DNA of 63,290 nt, filler included, from Collodictyon triciliatum (lineage: Eukaryota): assembly GCA_043381765.1 (NCBI GenBank). It is 8 parts of 8 records of this genome, joined end to end, with 100 filler letters (N's around TTAATTAATTAA, not from the genome) between each part and the next. Parts side by side here need not be neighbours in the genome. Positions count along the whole stretch, not along the records: positions 26,683 to 34,864 come from JBHJMP010003547.1; positions 34,965 to 43,144 come from JBHJMP010003551.1; positions 43,245 to 51,419 come from JBHJMP010003552.1; 5 more parts are not named here. One strand, given 5' to 3'. Shown piece by piece: positions 29,864-43,479 of the stretch. The translations under genes and the position numbers were made by a program. The notes beneath the pieces are model-generated. The model saw only the letters and a program-made list of their open reading frames with translations. It was not told the DNA's origin and ran no database searches. Numbering within the stretch: position 1 is the stretch's first letter; every line of letters begins with the position of its first letter.

Positions 29864-30500
29864 GCTGTGTCCTCGCCTTCTTTTGTGGCTCACTCAGCTT
29901 TTTCTGTACCGCTTTCTCCTCTTATCCCCTGTTTCATTATGTGTGAGACGAGGAAAGATAAGGCAAAAGAAAAAGAAGGGAAAAGCCTGCCTCTTCGTTG
30001 TTTGCTTTTTGTTGGGCGCCCTCTGCCCGTTTGCAAGCTCTCATCCAAAGCAAAACCGCGTTATTTGCTTTAAAAAAAAATAAAAAATATCGCACCAGAT
30101 TGCGCAAGGACAACGCTATACCCTTCTCTAACGAACTCTTACTATCTATATTTTTCATCGGACAGGCTATATTAAGTTGTTTTTACTCATTGTTCCCGCC
30201 CTCTGGCCTTCTTAAGGGCGTTAATTGTGCTTGACAGACAAGCGAGAAACAAACAGCGAGCAAACAGACACGTCTCCGAAAGGAAAAGAGTGCAAAGTGA
30301 GATGGAGCGAAGGCAGTCGCACTTTGACTTTTCATGATTCCCAGTAAGTGAGCAGGGTATTTCGTAACTTCACATGTTGGTAGCAGGATAAAAGAAGGTG
30401 GTTTTTTTGCGGTGAACGAAGATGATTTTCCAAAAAAAGAAAAAAAAGCACGAAAACACGAGTACCGTAAAAGAATGTCTATTCTAAACGGCCTCTTTGA

Positions 30501-31752
30501 ATGCCCCAGAGAAGGATACCTCACAGCAGAGAGAAAAGGGAGTCAAGTCACCTTGTTGGAACCCCGAGAATGCAAAGCCAAGCAGAGCCAAAAAAGAAAT
30601 CGACCATCGACTTGACACCATTGGACGGGCTGCGCGGAGTCTGCTCGGTTGTCATTGTCGTCGGGCATTTCTTCACCTTCTGGTCGCCAAGAATCGATTC
30701 AGGCGATTACTATCCGGCCTTTGCCCCAGAGTACCATTCCGCCGTGTCTCTTTTCCTTGTCATTTCTGGATTCACCCTGGTCCAAGTATATGACCGCAAC
30801 TCGGAAGACCCATCCTCGCCGAATCCTCTGTCTACTTGGGAGGACTGCAGACTCTATCCAAAAACGTGTCGCTCGTCTGGCCCCAATATATTACCTGGGC
30901 CTCATTATTGCGCTTGGGCCTCTGCTTGCGTACAAAGATGCCGAAACTATCATTCTGAATGTGATTGTGAATGTATTTTTCTTTCAGTCCATCATTATTA
31001 ACGCAAATGAATGGAACGGCCCGTTGTGGACGGTTAGTGCCTTTGCCTTTTGTTACCTATGGTTTCCGAAAAGCATGAAATGGTACCGCCGCCTTTCCTA
31101 CGTGCAACTCAGGCTGCGTGCAATATGGCTTACAATCCTATCAACAGCAATTATGGTAGTTGTGACGGTAGTGGTCCCTTCCTGGTCAGTGCTTCCTCAT
31201 GTGCTGGCGCCCATTCGCCTAATCTACTTTTTGATTGGAGTTTTGGGTGGCTACATGGCCAAGAGGAAAATAGGATATGAAAACCCAACTGACATTGCCG
31301 AGCTTCTGTCTTTCATCTACAGCCTCCTGATGGCTGTAGCTTTTGTGTTAGGAGCAATAAGCGGGTTCAACATTTATCTGGGATGCTCGTACGTTCTGCA
31401 GTTTCTCATTCCATATTTCCAAGCTGTATGGATTATAGCTTTGACGTCATCTGACTGTGAGGGAACCACAAGACTCCTTTTGTCATGCGAACCTATGAAG
31501 TTCCTTGGTGATATCTCGTACGCAGTATATTGCTTCCACTTTCCTTTGTTTCACTGGTGCGCATGGGCGGTGGAAGGAGAAGGAGTCAGTTCGACTGCGG
31601 TGCCAAAGCGTGAAAGAGAGGATGCGCCCGACGGATATTATTATTTCGAGCCGTGGACAATAGCCCCGATTCTTGGAGTCATCATCGCCATCTCTGCCAT
31701 AGCCCACAAGTTATTCGAGGCGCCTGCGCGTGCTGCAATCACAAAGAAATAA
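30501..31752 (+). pseudogene. Acyltransferase-3 (OafA/YrhL-like) membrane O-acyltransferase, intronless, with one frameshift at ~30855 (pseudogene or assembly error)
   Basis: LDGLRG...VVGH and AVSLFLVISGF lie in one frame. KRVARLAPIYY, NGPLWTVS and LGDISYAVYCFHFP lie in another. The start could be 30501 or 30570. Confidence 0.8.
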
Positions 31753-32046
31753 AGCTTTCCCTAAACAAAAAATCCTACACAGTTTGTCTATTTAGCAAAT
31801 ATAAACAATTTGTGTATTCAAAGCTAACATTTTTATGATAAGGGTATTATAGTCTAGAATATACAAGCAAAGTGTTGATTTCATTGCCGGTGTGGGCAGA
31901 TTGGAGGCCTTAAAATCCGTATCCATGTATTTTCCAGATTATCTGATATGTGAATGACACTATACATGGACTTTCCTTGCCCGGATATTAATCTGTCAAA
32001 AAGCACGATGAACTCAAGTCGCAAGGCTGAATAAAACCAAAGTGTT

Positions 32047-32098
<52 letters not shown>

Positions 32099-32189
32099 AA
32101 AGAGCGATGACAGAATCAAGAGCAGAAACAAAGTCATAAGAAATCAGCAAACAATCTGACTGAAGGTAACACTGAGCCCTTTCTTCAGT

Positions 32190-34864
32190 TTCATATCTGT
32201 GCCTCCGAAGCACATCACCGTCGTCCGTGACTTTGAAAAAAGCCGAAGCAGCCCTAGCCCCAAACAGCGCGTGGTAGGTGTCAAGAGAGCCGCCAAGGTA
32301 AAGCCGACCCAGCGCCCTTGTTTTCTGCTTCCCTCCACCTCTATGGTTTTCTTCTTTTTTTATCGGCCTTTTTCGACGAGCTTCATAATCACAGGCTTTC
32401 CACGACCGCGTCTTGAGAGGCTCACCTGTCCCCTACTTTCAGCCATTCAATCTTACTCGCGCATCGCACCCCACAAAATACGGCCTTTGTGATGCATACT
32501 ATGGATTTTCGCCCTTCCTTCGCATTAAGAACAGAATGTTCCTCGTCCGGGTAACCATGCCTCTGTTCACATTGTAATTTTAATGATATTTTTAATTCTA
32601 ACTCTTCTCAACACCATCAACAGTATCATTTTATCATTAAATCAGTACAGTATTATCTTAACGTCGCCCTTTGAAAAAATTGCTTTTTACCATTGTAAGC
32701 ATCGTTCGATGCAAATATGTATTTAAACCAGCAATATCTGGCGAACCTCGGTTTTTTTTTGTTGCCATCGTTTTTATATATCTTTGTTGCAGTTCAAAAC
32801 TTTAGAGACGCTTAAAACTACGACTGTGTCTCCAAGCGATGTTGATGGGAGAAACCGCAATGCTCTGTATTCCAAACTCCTGGGTCAAATATCTGAGTCC
32901 ATTCCAGTTGTGAGGAATTTTATTCCATCCATTCTGGCTCCGATGTATTGTAAGATTTATTAAACTAGCTCAATTCAATGCGCTTTCTTATGCCTCGTTG
33001 CCTGATTATCTCTACAGTCTCTTTGTCAAAGCGCACACTTTGCATCTAGGAACTAAGCTTTAGTCTTTCCATTGGTTGAAGCCATAAGAAAATATGAAGA
33101 ATTCTTCACCATTAATGGTTTCTCTTAACCCAAGGAACGGTAGATAGGTATCTAGAAAAAAATGGGCATCTCTCCGGGTGAGATAGACTAGATTACAGAC
33201 AATCAGTTGCACACTTAGGTATCCACTACATATCAACTCGTTTTCCCGTACCAGAGTTCCTTTTCTATCGTGATGCTTTACACTACATCGAGCAGATTTT
33301 TGTGAGAAAGCTTGTTTTCATCATACAGTAAGCCTATCTTTATGAAAACTGATTGATAGGATTTACGAAAATGGCTGGGGTTGAAAGTCAAGCCTGGCTA
33401 CTCCCCCAGGGGGAATTTTCTTGTAACCAAGCAGGAATGGGAAAGCACTAAAGCTCTGACTCCATTACTGGAATATTGGTACTGCCCTGGAGGAATCGAT
33501 GGGGTTTCTGAAGATAGGGTATAGAAAATATTGCATCCTTGTCCTTTCTTTTCTGTTTTTCTTTTAGTTTTTCTTTTATTTTTATTTTTACTCAGTTGCA
33601 GTTCCACAACATGTTCAAAGCGTCCACGAGAAGACCTGATCTTTTTTCATGACCAAATCATCCTCTTTGATAAAGACATCATCTTGAGAGAGGGCCTCTT
33701 TCTCATCTGCACTCCTGGACACACGGAGGGAAATCACTCCATCGATATCCATACCGACGGGGTTTGGTGGTTTGCTTCAAAATACTTTACAATTTGATTG
33801 CTCACAAATTCGTAAAAATAAAATAAAAAATTCCATAGCGAGGACTATTGTGCATAGTAAAGAAGTATAAACGAATCTTTATCATAAATCCATTATTATT
33901 TTAACATTTTCAGATATTTTTAACGGATATTGGGTCAAAACGTGAAATGTGACTCCAGAGAACGGAATTGGCCCAGATTCGTATGCACCATTGAAATAAA
34001 AAAAATTCGAGTATGCACCATCGAAATAAAAAAAAATCCGTGTATGCAGTACATCACCTCATCATGCATATTATTTTAATTTTAGCTTGCAATCTTTATC
34101 CACCTTTCCATTGTACGCAGACTGTATCAAAATGTTAGAACACAAAGCTCATTCACCACTAAATCGAAACATTTTTCAGGGTGTTCATGACTTTGCAATC
34201 GCTGTTGGGGTGTAAGTGCTTGTATGTTTTTTTTTTTTTTTTTGTTAAAAAAAAGAAAAGGAAAGTTTTTTTTTTTTTTCTAAAAAAAAAACACCTCCAA
34301 TTCGAATAATATTTATGTTTGTTATATGCCCTAAGTTCGCTTACTTATTTATAATCTCAATCAGCCCGGTGGAAACACCTTGGAACGTGGGCTTAGCCAC
34401 TACCCACAATCGAAGATATTTAGCAGGAATGGAAAAAGAAAGTGCAATTGAAATGCTTCCTTCCGTCGAGCTATGTGCTAATAGTTTTTTTTTGTCATGT
34501 TTTTTTTTTCATGTTTTTTTTTCTCAAATTCATTGCATTTGACTATGCCAGATACGGATGTATGATTCAGTAAAAGGAAATGGCAGGTAGAAATTGCATA
34601 AATCACTTGAAATGATCCTTAATACTATAGAGACATAGCTTTACAATTTAATGTTCTACATAAAGAAAGAATATTCACATAGTTATGAGAAGGTGATTAT
34701 TGATGCTTTTTTTAAAATCGTTATGTATACCAATAATCAACCTCTAATGCCAATAGAAAAAGCCCTTCTGTCTGCAATAACGAGTTCCCAGAGATGCCGT
34801 ACTCCTCCGAACTAGCTCCTTACTGGCCTTTTTTTTTTTTTTGGATCCACCCAACCTTTGCGGC
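32190..34864 (+). pseudogene. Decayed, intron-containing metallo-beta-lactamase-fold hydrolase gene of bacterial type
   Basis: Exons give PTKYGLCDAY...NRMFLVR|FKT, GISPGEID*ITDNQLHT*|DLRKWLG, FLVTKQEWES...WYCPGGIDGVSEDR, TPGHTEGNHS, PENGIGPDSYAP, GNTLERGL and SSELAPYW. TAG at 33189 and 33216; frameshift in the A-run 33156-33162. Confidence 0.75.
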
Positions 34865-34964
34865 NNNNNNNNNNNNNNNNNNNNNNNNNNNNNNNNNNNN
34901 NNNNNNNNTTAATTAATTAANNNNNNNNNNNNNNNNNNNNNNNNNNNNNNNNNNNNNNNNNNNN

Positions 34965-36386
34965 ATCATGTGTTTCAGTACCTCGGTGAACAATTCTTCG
35001 TGTTTCTGTTCAGAGCCATTATGCATATGTTGTTGTAGTGTCCGATTCCCAATCATCCAGCCTATGGCTAGCGATGAGAAAGGCAAGATTCTTCAAGATT
35101 GATTCCAAAAACTCTCAATGACTAACCTTGTGATTCCTTTGCGGAAATGGAAATAGGAGATTATTGGGAATGAGTTATTAGTGGAATTGGCATGTCTTCA
35201 GAGCCCAAAGGTATCTTAGGACAAATACAGGGTCACCTCCTGCAAATCCCATAAGAATTTCTGGTTTTGGTAAACAAGCTATCAAAGTTTCGTCACCAGC
35301 CGGGTCCCGTTGCGATATTGTAGTAACTCCAAAGAGCGCGCTAAGATTGCTAGAGACCATTCTTTTAATATCATTATATGGATATATATGTAGGCTGTCC
35401 CAAATAACTCATAACTCTGCGGATAATATGATTGAATGTTAGGGTCAGTATAAAAATGAGATTATTTGAAAGAAGTTAGAGGACATGGTATTTTACTCGA
35501 TTGGATTTTTGATGGAGATGACCAACTAATTCTTTGTAGCAAGGACATCCAGTTTTCGATAAAGTGCACTCGAGGTTGAAAAAATTCAATCAATTTTAAT
35601 CACAGAGTCGGCTGTTCTGGCACCATGTTCCAGAGTTACACTTCTACCTGCTGATGCCACTCTGATGACAATTTTTTTATCTGCTCTGACACCCGACGGT
35701 ATCTAATTGATAATAAATCTATTTACAGAGCCACCAACAGCATGAAAAAAGTATTACAATGCTTCTTAATTGGAATGAACTAATTAACACCCCTATAACT
35801 TCTATAACAAATATTGAATTGAAGCCCTCTGCCAGCGCCAGCGAAAGAATAGGTGGTCCTCAGGTTAAAAACTCGATATTACAGCGATTATGTACTCTGA
35901 TGCGGACATTTCAACTTATATTCCAGCAAGAAAATGGCTGCGCCCAAAGTAAAAGCGCCCACAATCAAAAGCCAGCAACCAAAAACCTGAACCGCGCTTA
36001 CTCATACCATATGGTTTATACATATTTGGAACTTATTTATATACATATATATTCAAAATACTTAGTAGCTTTAAAATCTCTTATTGTGATATCATTTTAC
36101 TTTGCATAATAATATTATACATGCAAGTTGGATAATATTTAGATACCATATATTATGTACCACCTCATATTCTGTGAATGAATTCCCAGCTGCCAGAACA
36201 ATTCCCACGCGCACCACTGAGGGTGCAATTCCCAACCAGCAATAAAGCGGAGGTTCGCTTTCGCGTCGATTGGGAATGGGTTGTGTATTTAACTCGCCTG
36301 AGAAAGAAATCCATCGCATGAACATGCATCATGAAGCAGCGTTGCTGAGCTGGCACCATTCATCCCAACGAGCCTCACGAGGAATC
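34965..36386 (-). CDS. Fragment of a hypothetical multi-exon membrane protein
   Basis: Hydrophobic exon-like segments (WLGIAPSVVRVGIVLAAG; VFGCWLLIVGAFTLGAAIFLL; ILSLALAEGFNSIFVIEVIGVLI) with plausible splice sites. No family recognised. Confidence 0.35.
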
Positions 36387-36944
36387 ANNNNNNNNNNNNN
36401 NNNNNNNNNNNNNNNNNNNNNNNNNNNNNNNNNNNNNNNNNNNNNNNNNNNNNNNNNNNNNNNNNNNNNNNNNNNNNNNNNNNNNNNNNNNNNNNNNNNN
36501 NNNNNNNNNNNNNNNNNNNNNNNNNNNNNNNNNNNNNNNNNNNNNNNNNNNNNNNNNNNNNNNNNNNNNNNNNNNNNNNNNNNNNNNNNNNNNNNNNNNN
36601 NNNNNNNNNNNNNNNNNNNNNNNNNNNNNNNNNNNNNNNNNNNNNNNNNNNNNNNNNNNNNNNNNNNNNNNNNNNNNNNNNNNNNNNNNNNNNNNNNNNN
36701 NNNNNNNNNNNNNNNNNNNNNNNNNNNNNNNNNNNNNNNNNNNNNNNNNNNNNNNNNNNNNNNNNNNNNNNNNNNNNNNNNNNNNNNNNNNNNNNNNNNN
36801 NNNNNNNNNNNNNNNNNNNNNNNNNNNNNNNNNNNNNNNNNNNNNNNNNNNNNNNNNNNNNNNNNNNNNNNNNNNNNNNNNNNNNNNNNNNNNNNNNNNN
36901 NNNNNNNNNNNNNNNNNNNNNNNNNNNNNNNNNNNNNNNNNNNN

Positions 36945-39250
36945 CCCAACACCTCACATGGTAGGAAAGTGGAAACCAGAAACCCGACGTGTTGATCAAT
37001 ACTCATAGGCCTTCTACGATTGATGAACTGAAAAAGAAACACTTTAGTGCCGGCAAGCAAGGAAGATCTATTCCTGCTCATTAGTCAACTGCAGAGCGAG
37101 CTGCTGCAGGAGAAGCAAAAGAACGAGGAACTCACAAACGAGACGAAGAGACTTCGCATGACCGCCGTCAATATTGTGAGTCGACTGCGCATAAAAACAA
37201 AATATCACCATATTCTGTTGATAAAATAGACATGACTAGAATTGTTACCTTCATAGTGACTCATTTTTTTTTATTTAACTTGGACACCTCAGCAACAACA
37301 GAGCGAGTTTGAAGAAGAGTTTATTGTATGAATTAATCATATGAAAGATACATGTTTGAAAACATAGTGTTTTTTTAATCAAGAGTATTGCATCATCCCA
37401 TATAAAAGCAAAAAATCCGCAAGATGATGTCCATTCCCATGTTACTCACATCTTCACAAAACCCAAAAGGTCAACAGTTTGGTCAAAAGAGTGACTGCTC
37501 TGAAAAAGGAGAAGGAGCAACTTCTCGAAGAGGTCAAGCGCGAAGAGGAATACTTGGCGAATACGCTTCAGAGACGTTTAGACTCAGTAGGTGTTTTAAT
37601 GGAATAATGATTCAAAGAGATGTGAGAATTCAGAATCATATTTGAAGATTTTTTTTTACTTCCTGGAAAGATGAACATATTTTTTTCCGTAATTCCTATA
37701 TTGAGGAAACTCTCATCACCAGTATGAAACTCGAAAATATGGATATCAATTATTATAAGCGGTAAAGCAAGATCTCTTATCATTCCAATAGATAAGGGAT
37801 GAGAAGTTTGAATTAGAAAGGAGGCTAGAAGCGGAGCAGGAGTTTATTGTAAACAGGCTTCAAAAACAGCTTGCAGTCGTGATTGAAGAGAAAGTGTAGG
37901 GAGTCAAATGCTTATATTCAATGTCATCGGCATTTAATTTACTGCAATACAGAAGCTGTGTTATTTGATTGCATTCTCATGTATTTGTTTTATTTCCCGC
38001 TGTGACTCTAACCTGGAATTTCTACTAGACGGCTTCAAAAGAGGCTTATCAAGGAGTCCAAGCGTGATGGAATAGACCGCTTGGGAACATCGGCGTCGAC
38101 ATCAGAGTCTGAAAGCGATAGGGACGAGGGACGAGACAGAATGAATGGGTACTTATTTCTTCACTTTTATACTCATGATGTGAGCTGCGCCTGATTATTG
38201 AGTGGTGTAAGATGAAAAATAAAAGGTAGGGTTAGTACGAGTAATATATGTATGACAACATCCATATTGAATAAATAAAAAATGGTGTATGCAGATACAC
38301 AAAGTCATCCACAGGTGAAAGCCAGGATAACCAGAGCGCAATCTTTGAGCAAATGTCTAGGACAATCGATTTGTTACGCCGTGAAATAAGGAAATGTAAG
38401 GATGAAAAGAAACCAAAAAGTGAAAAAGAAAAGAAAAAATATTCATATTGAATATTGTGACATTACTTACATTAATCCATATGAGTTCCTCAGTCAGCTA
38501 GAATAAATGAGATTGTTTTCTAAAGTATGTGCACTCAATATTGACTCCCTCACCAGCCCGTAAGGAATTGAATTCGCAGAAGGAGCTTTCACGAAGGGAA
38601 CAAGAGGATAAAATTACAATTGCCATCAAGCTGCGCATGCTCATGAGTCAACAAGGGAGCACAGATTCTCCTCGCTCTCAACAGGGCCTTTCGGATTCCC
38701 TCCTTGACCAAGAGGTTGAGAGGTTCGTGTTACTCGAAACATATATTTCGGCAACCATCGCAAAGTTCCTATTTTTGATGAGCTGGGATATACCACGACT
38801 CTGTGGTATCAAGTCATGCCTTTCTATTAGTCTTTTCTATCAATTTATGAAAGTTTAATGATTTAATGGTGTCTCCATATAAATACATTTGTAATGTAGG
38901 ATTTTGGCATTAATTGGAAAGACTTCACCTCAAGTTTTTGCTCGCTCAGCTCCAATTAGCATCTCGTCTGCTAGACCTGAGGTGCGCCAGGATTTCAACG
39001 ATATGAAAACGATTGTAGTTTTTAAGGATTATAATATTAATCGTAATGGTTGGGATGCGCACTCTTGTTAAACCATGCTGTATTTTGTTTGCGCGAATGG
39101 TAAGATTCAGTGAGTAAATATTACATCTAGACCTCACAGACCAGGAAAGGCGTCCAGTCCTCCAGAAACACAGATACGACAAGCTCTTCACATGGGATCA
39201 GATTGGGCCAATCCTACACCACCCCAGTAGGCTCACCGCTGAGTGTATGA
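36945..39250 (+). CDS. CCDC6-like (DUF2046) coiled-coil protein, multi-exon, 5' end in the gap
   Basis: ETKRLRMTAVNI|QQQSEFEEEFI|VNSLVKRVTALKKEKEQLLEEVKREEEYLANTLQRRL...LEAEQEFIVNRLQKQL follows the CCDC6 repeat pattern. Ends ...SPLSV* (TGA). Confidence 0.8.
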
Positions 39251-41376
39251 CCCGTAAAAATCGAGGTATTGCGATTAAACATATTTTCTTCATTTTACAT
39301 TCACCATGCCACGACTCTATTCAGCTTTTATATTTTTGTTGTTGTAGTTATGTAATGTTTCGCCTTTTCTTTGACTGTTCAGGTCACGGGAATCAAAGCA
39401 CATGATAAACGAAAACCGCATCGTTGGATCTTGGCGAACCTCTCTCTTCCCTTAGCCTTCCTTTCCTTTCCTTTCCTTTCCTTTCCTTTCCTTTCCTTTT
39501 CTTTAAAAAAAGAAAGAAAAAAAAGAGGTTCATTCCCTCGTTTTGTCACCATGCTTTATCCATATGAAGTCTTGAAATCAAACCATTATTCCAGGGAAAA
39601 ACAGAAAAAATCAAAGAAAACAAGTACCACCTTTCATGTATCTACACGAATAAACGAACCACGTTGGTTCAAAATAATAGTTTATTGAAGCTTGATAACG
39701 TCACAATCTCAAAAGACTCGAAAAAAAAAAGAGAGAAGAAAAGTAGCGTTTCGTGCTTCTAATCATTTACATTTATTTTCGTGGTATCTTCCAAGATAAA
39801 TACATACAAAAAAGTTTCCATGATTAAAGAAGGAGCTTTTCGACTCCATTTTTCTTTTTTCATTTACTCTACGCGCGAGCTGGATTAAGAAAAGCCTTTT
39901 GCTACTTTTTGGACTTTGCTTCTCCAGTTTTTCTCTACATTGAGGCGAAGGTGAGTGTATGCAAAGTTAACTAGTTTTCCCCTCTCTTTTTGGCGATAAT
40001 ACATCTGTATCATATTATCAAATAGACAGTGCCTACAAGTGGCTTGTCTTCATGGAACAGCTCCTTGTTTTCTCGAAGTATAGACGACAAGTCAAAGTTT
40101 GACAGATTCAACTCATGGTGCCTTTTGCCGAGGTGGGACAGAGGCGCAAATATAAAATCATGTTCAACTCTTTTAATTCAAGTTTCTTTATTTTTATTTT
40201 TTTCTCTTATCCTTTTAAAGATTAAAAAAATCGCGATAATAATACACTTAAAAAATATAGACTATTAAGGAAAACCTGTTTGATTCACGAATCGGGTACG
40301 TACTAGCGAGATGTTTCTGATTCTTAATCTGAGTCTTCTCGCTACATATTAACAAGATACAAGAGCAGGAAGTCATATACCACGATATGGTTGTTGTATT
40401 ATTCGTAAAATCTCGATATATGCAGATAGCAACAAATCAAGGAGGCAGCTTTTCATCCCAAGACAATATTTGAAAGGAAAAACATCAAAGCCACATACAA
40501 AGAAAAGCAAGCAAAGCACGTTGCTCATAATCGTGGCCACGAAGGCATCATCTTACCGGGTCTCTTCTGCTTCATCGCTGCTGTGGGTGCGCCTCACACG
40601 CCAAGCCTGCAGAAACAAAACGTGCTCCTCTCGCTTGACGCGCCACTCTCCGATTTGGGTCTCCCATACTCGCCAGCCTTCATCCAGCTTCGGGGCAACT
40701 GAGTCAGGCACTTGCCGAGTCCCAAGCCCGTCCTGTTGCCGAGTGCGATGTTTTCGGCTCTGCAAATCCGCGTGGCTGTCGTCTTGGAGACGAGCGGCAT
40801 CGATCGCAGCAGGCGGGTAAGTCTTTTGCTGCAACATGCTGCGTGCTTTTCAGAGGATGAAAGCGGAAGAAAGCTGTTTGATCGCGCAGCTCCGTTCTTT
40901 GAGGAGAGTCTCTATGATTCTGTCTTCGGGTTGCTGTGCCGAGTTTGAAGGTTTCTTTGGAAGGGATAATTGTGATTCAACTTTGATTACTGTTTTGATT
41001 TGGTATGCGTGCCCTTTACTTTCCTCAATCCTCCTCTTCTTTTTATCATCGTAATATATGATGATGATATATTGTAAAGCTCATTTCCTTCTTGCTGTGA
41101 CGTGTTATATCGCCGCACCTTCTTACTCCGAAAGTGTGGGTCTTGTTGTTTCTGCCTTTGAGCATTTGATGTTGCTGCTGTGGAGGCCGGGCTTTTCCAC
41201 GAGATGAAGGAAGAAAAGTGATACAGGGGCGCTGCTTGGTTGTGTGCCGAAATCAGTCCTGGCTAAGAGAGGCGGTCTAGTTTTAGGAACAAGAAGGAAA
41301 GGTGCGAGCCAAGCAAGAAGAGAAGAGAAAAAAAAAGAAAAAGAAAAAGAAAAGGAACAAGAAAAGTAAAGAGACA

Positions 41377-42912
41377 ATGTCGTCGCCAAAAACAAGCTCT
41401 GCAGCCATGATTAGGCTGATGTCTGACTTGAAGCAGGTTCTTGAGTTTTTTTTTTTTTTGCCTTCTTGAGATAATGTAAAGTTTCTTTGTGGGGCCGGTA
41501 GTACGCTTTATGCATGCATGCTTCTAAAGAACTCTTTGCCGATCTTCTTTATTATTAATATATTTTTTAATTTGATATTATTTTGTTTGTGTTATTGTTT
41601 TGTTTTCGCTTCGATCGTGAAGCAGCAGGCGTATTCAACTCCCTTATTTGTTTCACTATAGATCCAACACAATCCCCCCGAGGTTGGGACACATTTCTAT
41701 CACTCCGATGCTTAAGAAATGAATACATTCCATTCGTTCGATCGCACTTTTGTTTTCTTTATTGTATCTATTTATGTTTTTGTGCCCTAATCTACTTTGT
41801 CATATGTCTTCATCGACTTGCATATCTAATTACGCAATCATCGTTTTTACATAATTTAGTTTTTTTTTTTTTTTAAAAAAAAATTTATTCATGAATATCT
41901 AATGGAACGTTTTTTCCTTGCGTTTATTTCATCGACGTAAAAAAAAAGAATAAATGAAAGACCTGCTGTTTATTCATAGAAGTTATCTGTACGTTCTGCG
42001 ATTCGTACCGATGGTACTGACGATTTCATATGGTTTTCATATATATTTTCAGGGTGTTAGTGCAAGTCCCGTCAGTTCAGACAACCTTTTTGTTTGGGAG
42101 GCAACCATTTTCGGACCAGAAGAAACACCATGGGAAGGTTAGTTCGTTTGTGTATATGTTTTTTCTTTAATCTAATGACCAAGCTAACCTGTCGCTTTTT
42201 TTAAATATCTAATCATCGCTCATTCAAGGACTGAAAATCATTCTTTTTTATGTTAACAGGGGGCATCTACTCACTGCGCCTTACCTTCACCGATCAATAC
42301 CCAACAAAGCCCCCTCGTGTTCGCTTTGTTTCAGAGATGTATCATCCCAATGGTTTGAGTTCCTTCCAATCTTCCCATACATATTCAATCCTTCTATCGT
42401 TTGATAGCAGATACTCAATCCGCAAATATGTATAAATCTGTCGCGTCACATACACAGTCAAGTATGTGTGTTTTCAAGAGAGGATTTCCATACATATCCA
42501 ATTGTATGATTTCTGCGTTTTGTGTAGTATATGCTGACGGGACACTATGCCTGGACATCATTCAAGACAACTGGTCTCCCATTTACTCAGTCAGCTCCAT
42601 TCTGACATCGATTCAGGTTATCTACCACAACACACCTAATCTCTCGGTCTCGTTTCTTTTACATACTACTCCTACCCGACATGTTTGCAAGCATTTGTAT
42701 TTGCCTTCTTTTTGCCTTCTTTTCTTCTTCTTTATTTGTTTACTTATTTGATGTTCATTTTCAAAACAAAAATATAAACGCCGATATAGTCTCTCTTATC
42801 TGACCCGAACCCCGCCTCACCTGCGAATCCTGAGGCAGGCCAGTGTTATACGCAAGACCGGGACAAATACAACAAGCGTGTCCGTCGCTGCGCGAGCAAA
42901 ACACTCGAGTAA
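41377..42912 (+). CDS. Ubiquitin-conjugating enzyme E2, RAD6/UBC2-like, 6 exons
   Basis: [54 protein letters not shown] (catalytic Cys) and [12 protein letters not shown]. Ends in TAA. Confidence 0.95.
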
Positions 42913-43479
42913 TCACGCCATCATACGCGCCAAACCCCCGTTGTCATCGTCCGGTCAATTGCAAACATAAATTGAAAACATATGAAAACAAAGATAATCA
43001 AGTAAATGCCAATTTTTTTTTATGCTTGTGCGTTCGGTTCTTCAAACAAACAAACAAACAAACAAACAAACAAACAAACAAACAAACAAACAAACAAACA
43101 AAAAAAAACAAACAAAAAAAAACAAACAAAAAAACAAACAAACANNNNNNNNNNNNNNNNNNNNNNNNNNNNNNNNNNNNNNNNNNNNTTAATTAATTAA
43201 NNNNNNNNNNNNNNNNNNNNNNNNNNNNNNNNNNNNNNNNNNNNAAAAAAAAAAAAAAAAAAAAGATAAAAAAAAAAAAAAAAAAAAAAAAAAAAGATAA
43301 AAAAAGATAAAAAAGATAAAAAAAAAAAAAAAAAAGAAGAAAAGAAGAAAAGAAGAAAAGAAGAAAAGAAGAAAAGAAGAAAAGAAGAAAAGAAGAAAAG
43401 AAGAAAAGAAGGAAGAAAAAAGAAATGTTTTCACTCTGAAACGTGGAGGGGTTTACTCGCTTCTGAGTCTTTGCCGTGT

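Noticed and set aside
32190-34864. Genome-wide stop-codon reassignment suggested by TAG codons in the MBL gene
   Set aside because: That locus also has frameshifts, and conserved genes here (E2, MVD, NDUFA2, both Rabs) end at TAA, TAG or TGA in the expected places.
39700-41300. Minus-strand ORF 40553-40837 and neighbours
   Set aside because: Possibly an exon of a hypothetical gene, but no homology or complete model could be supported.
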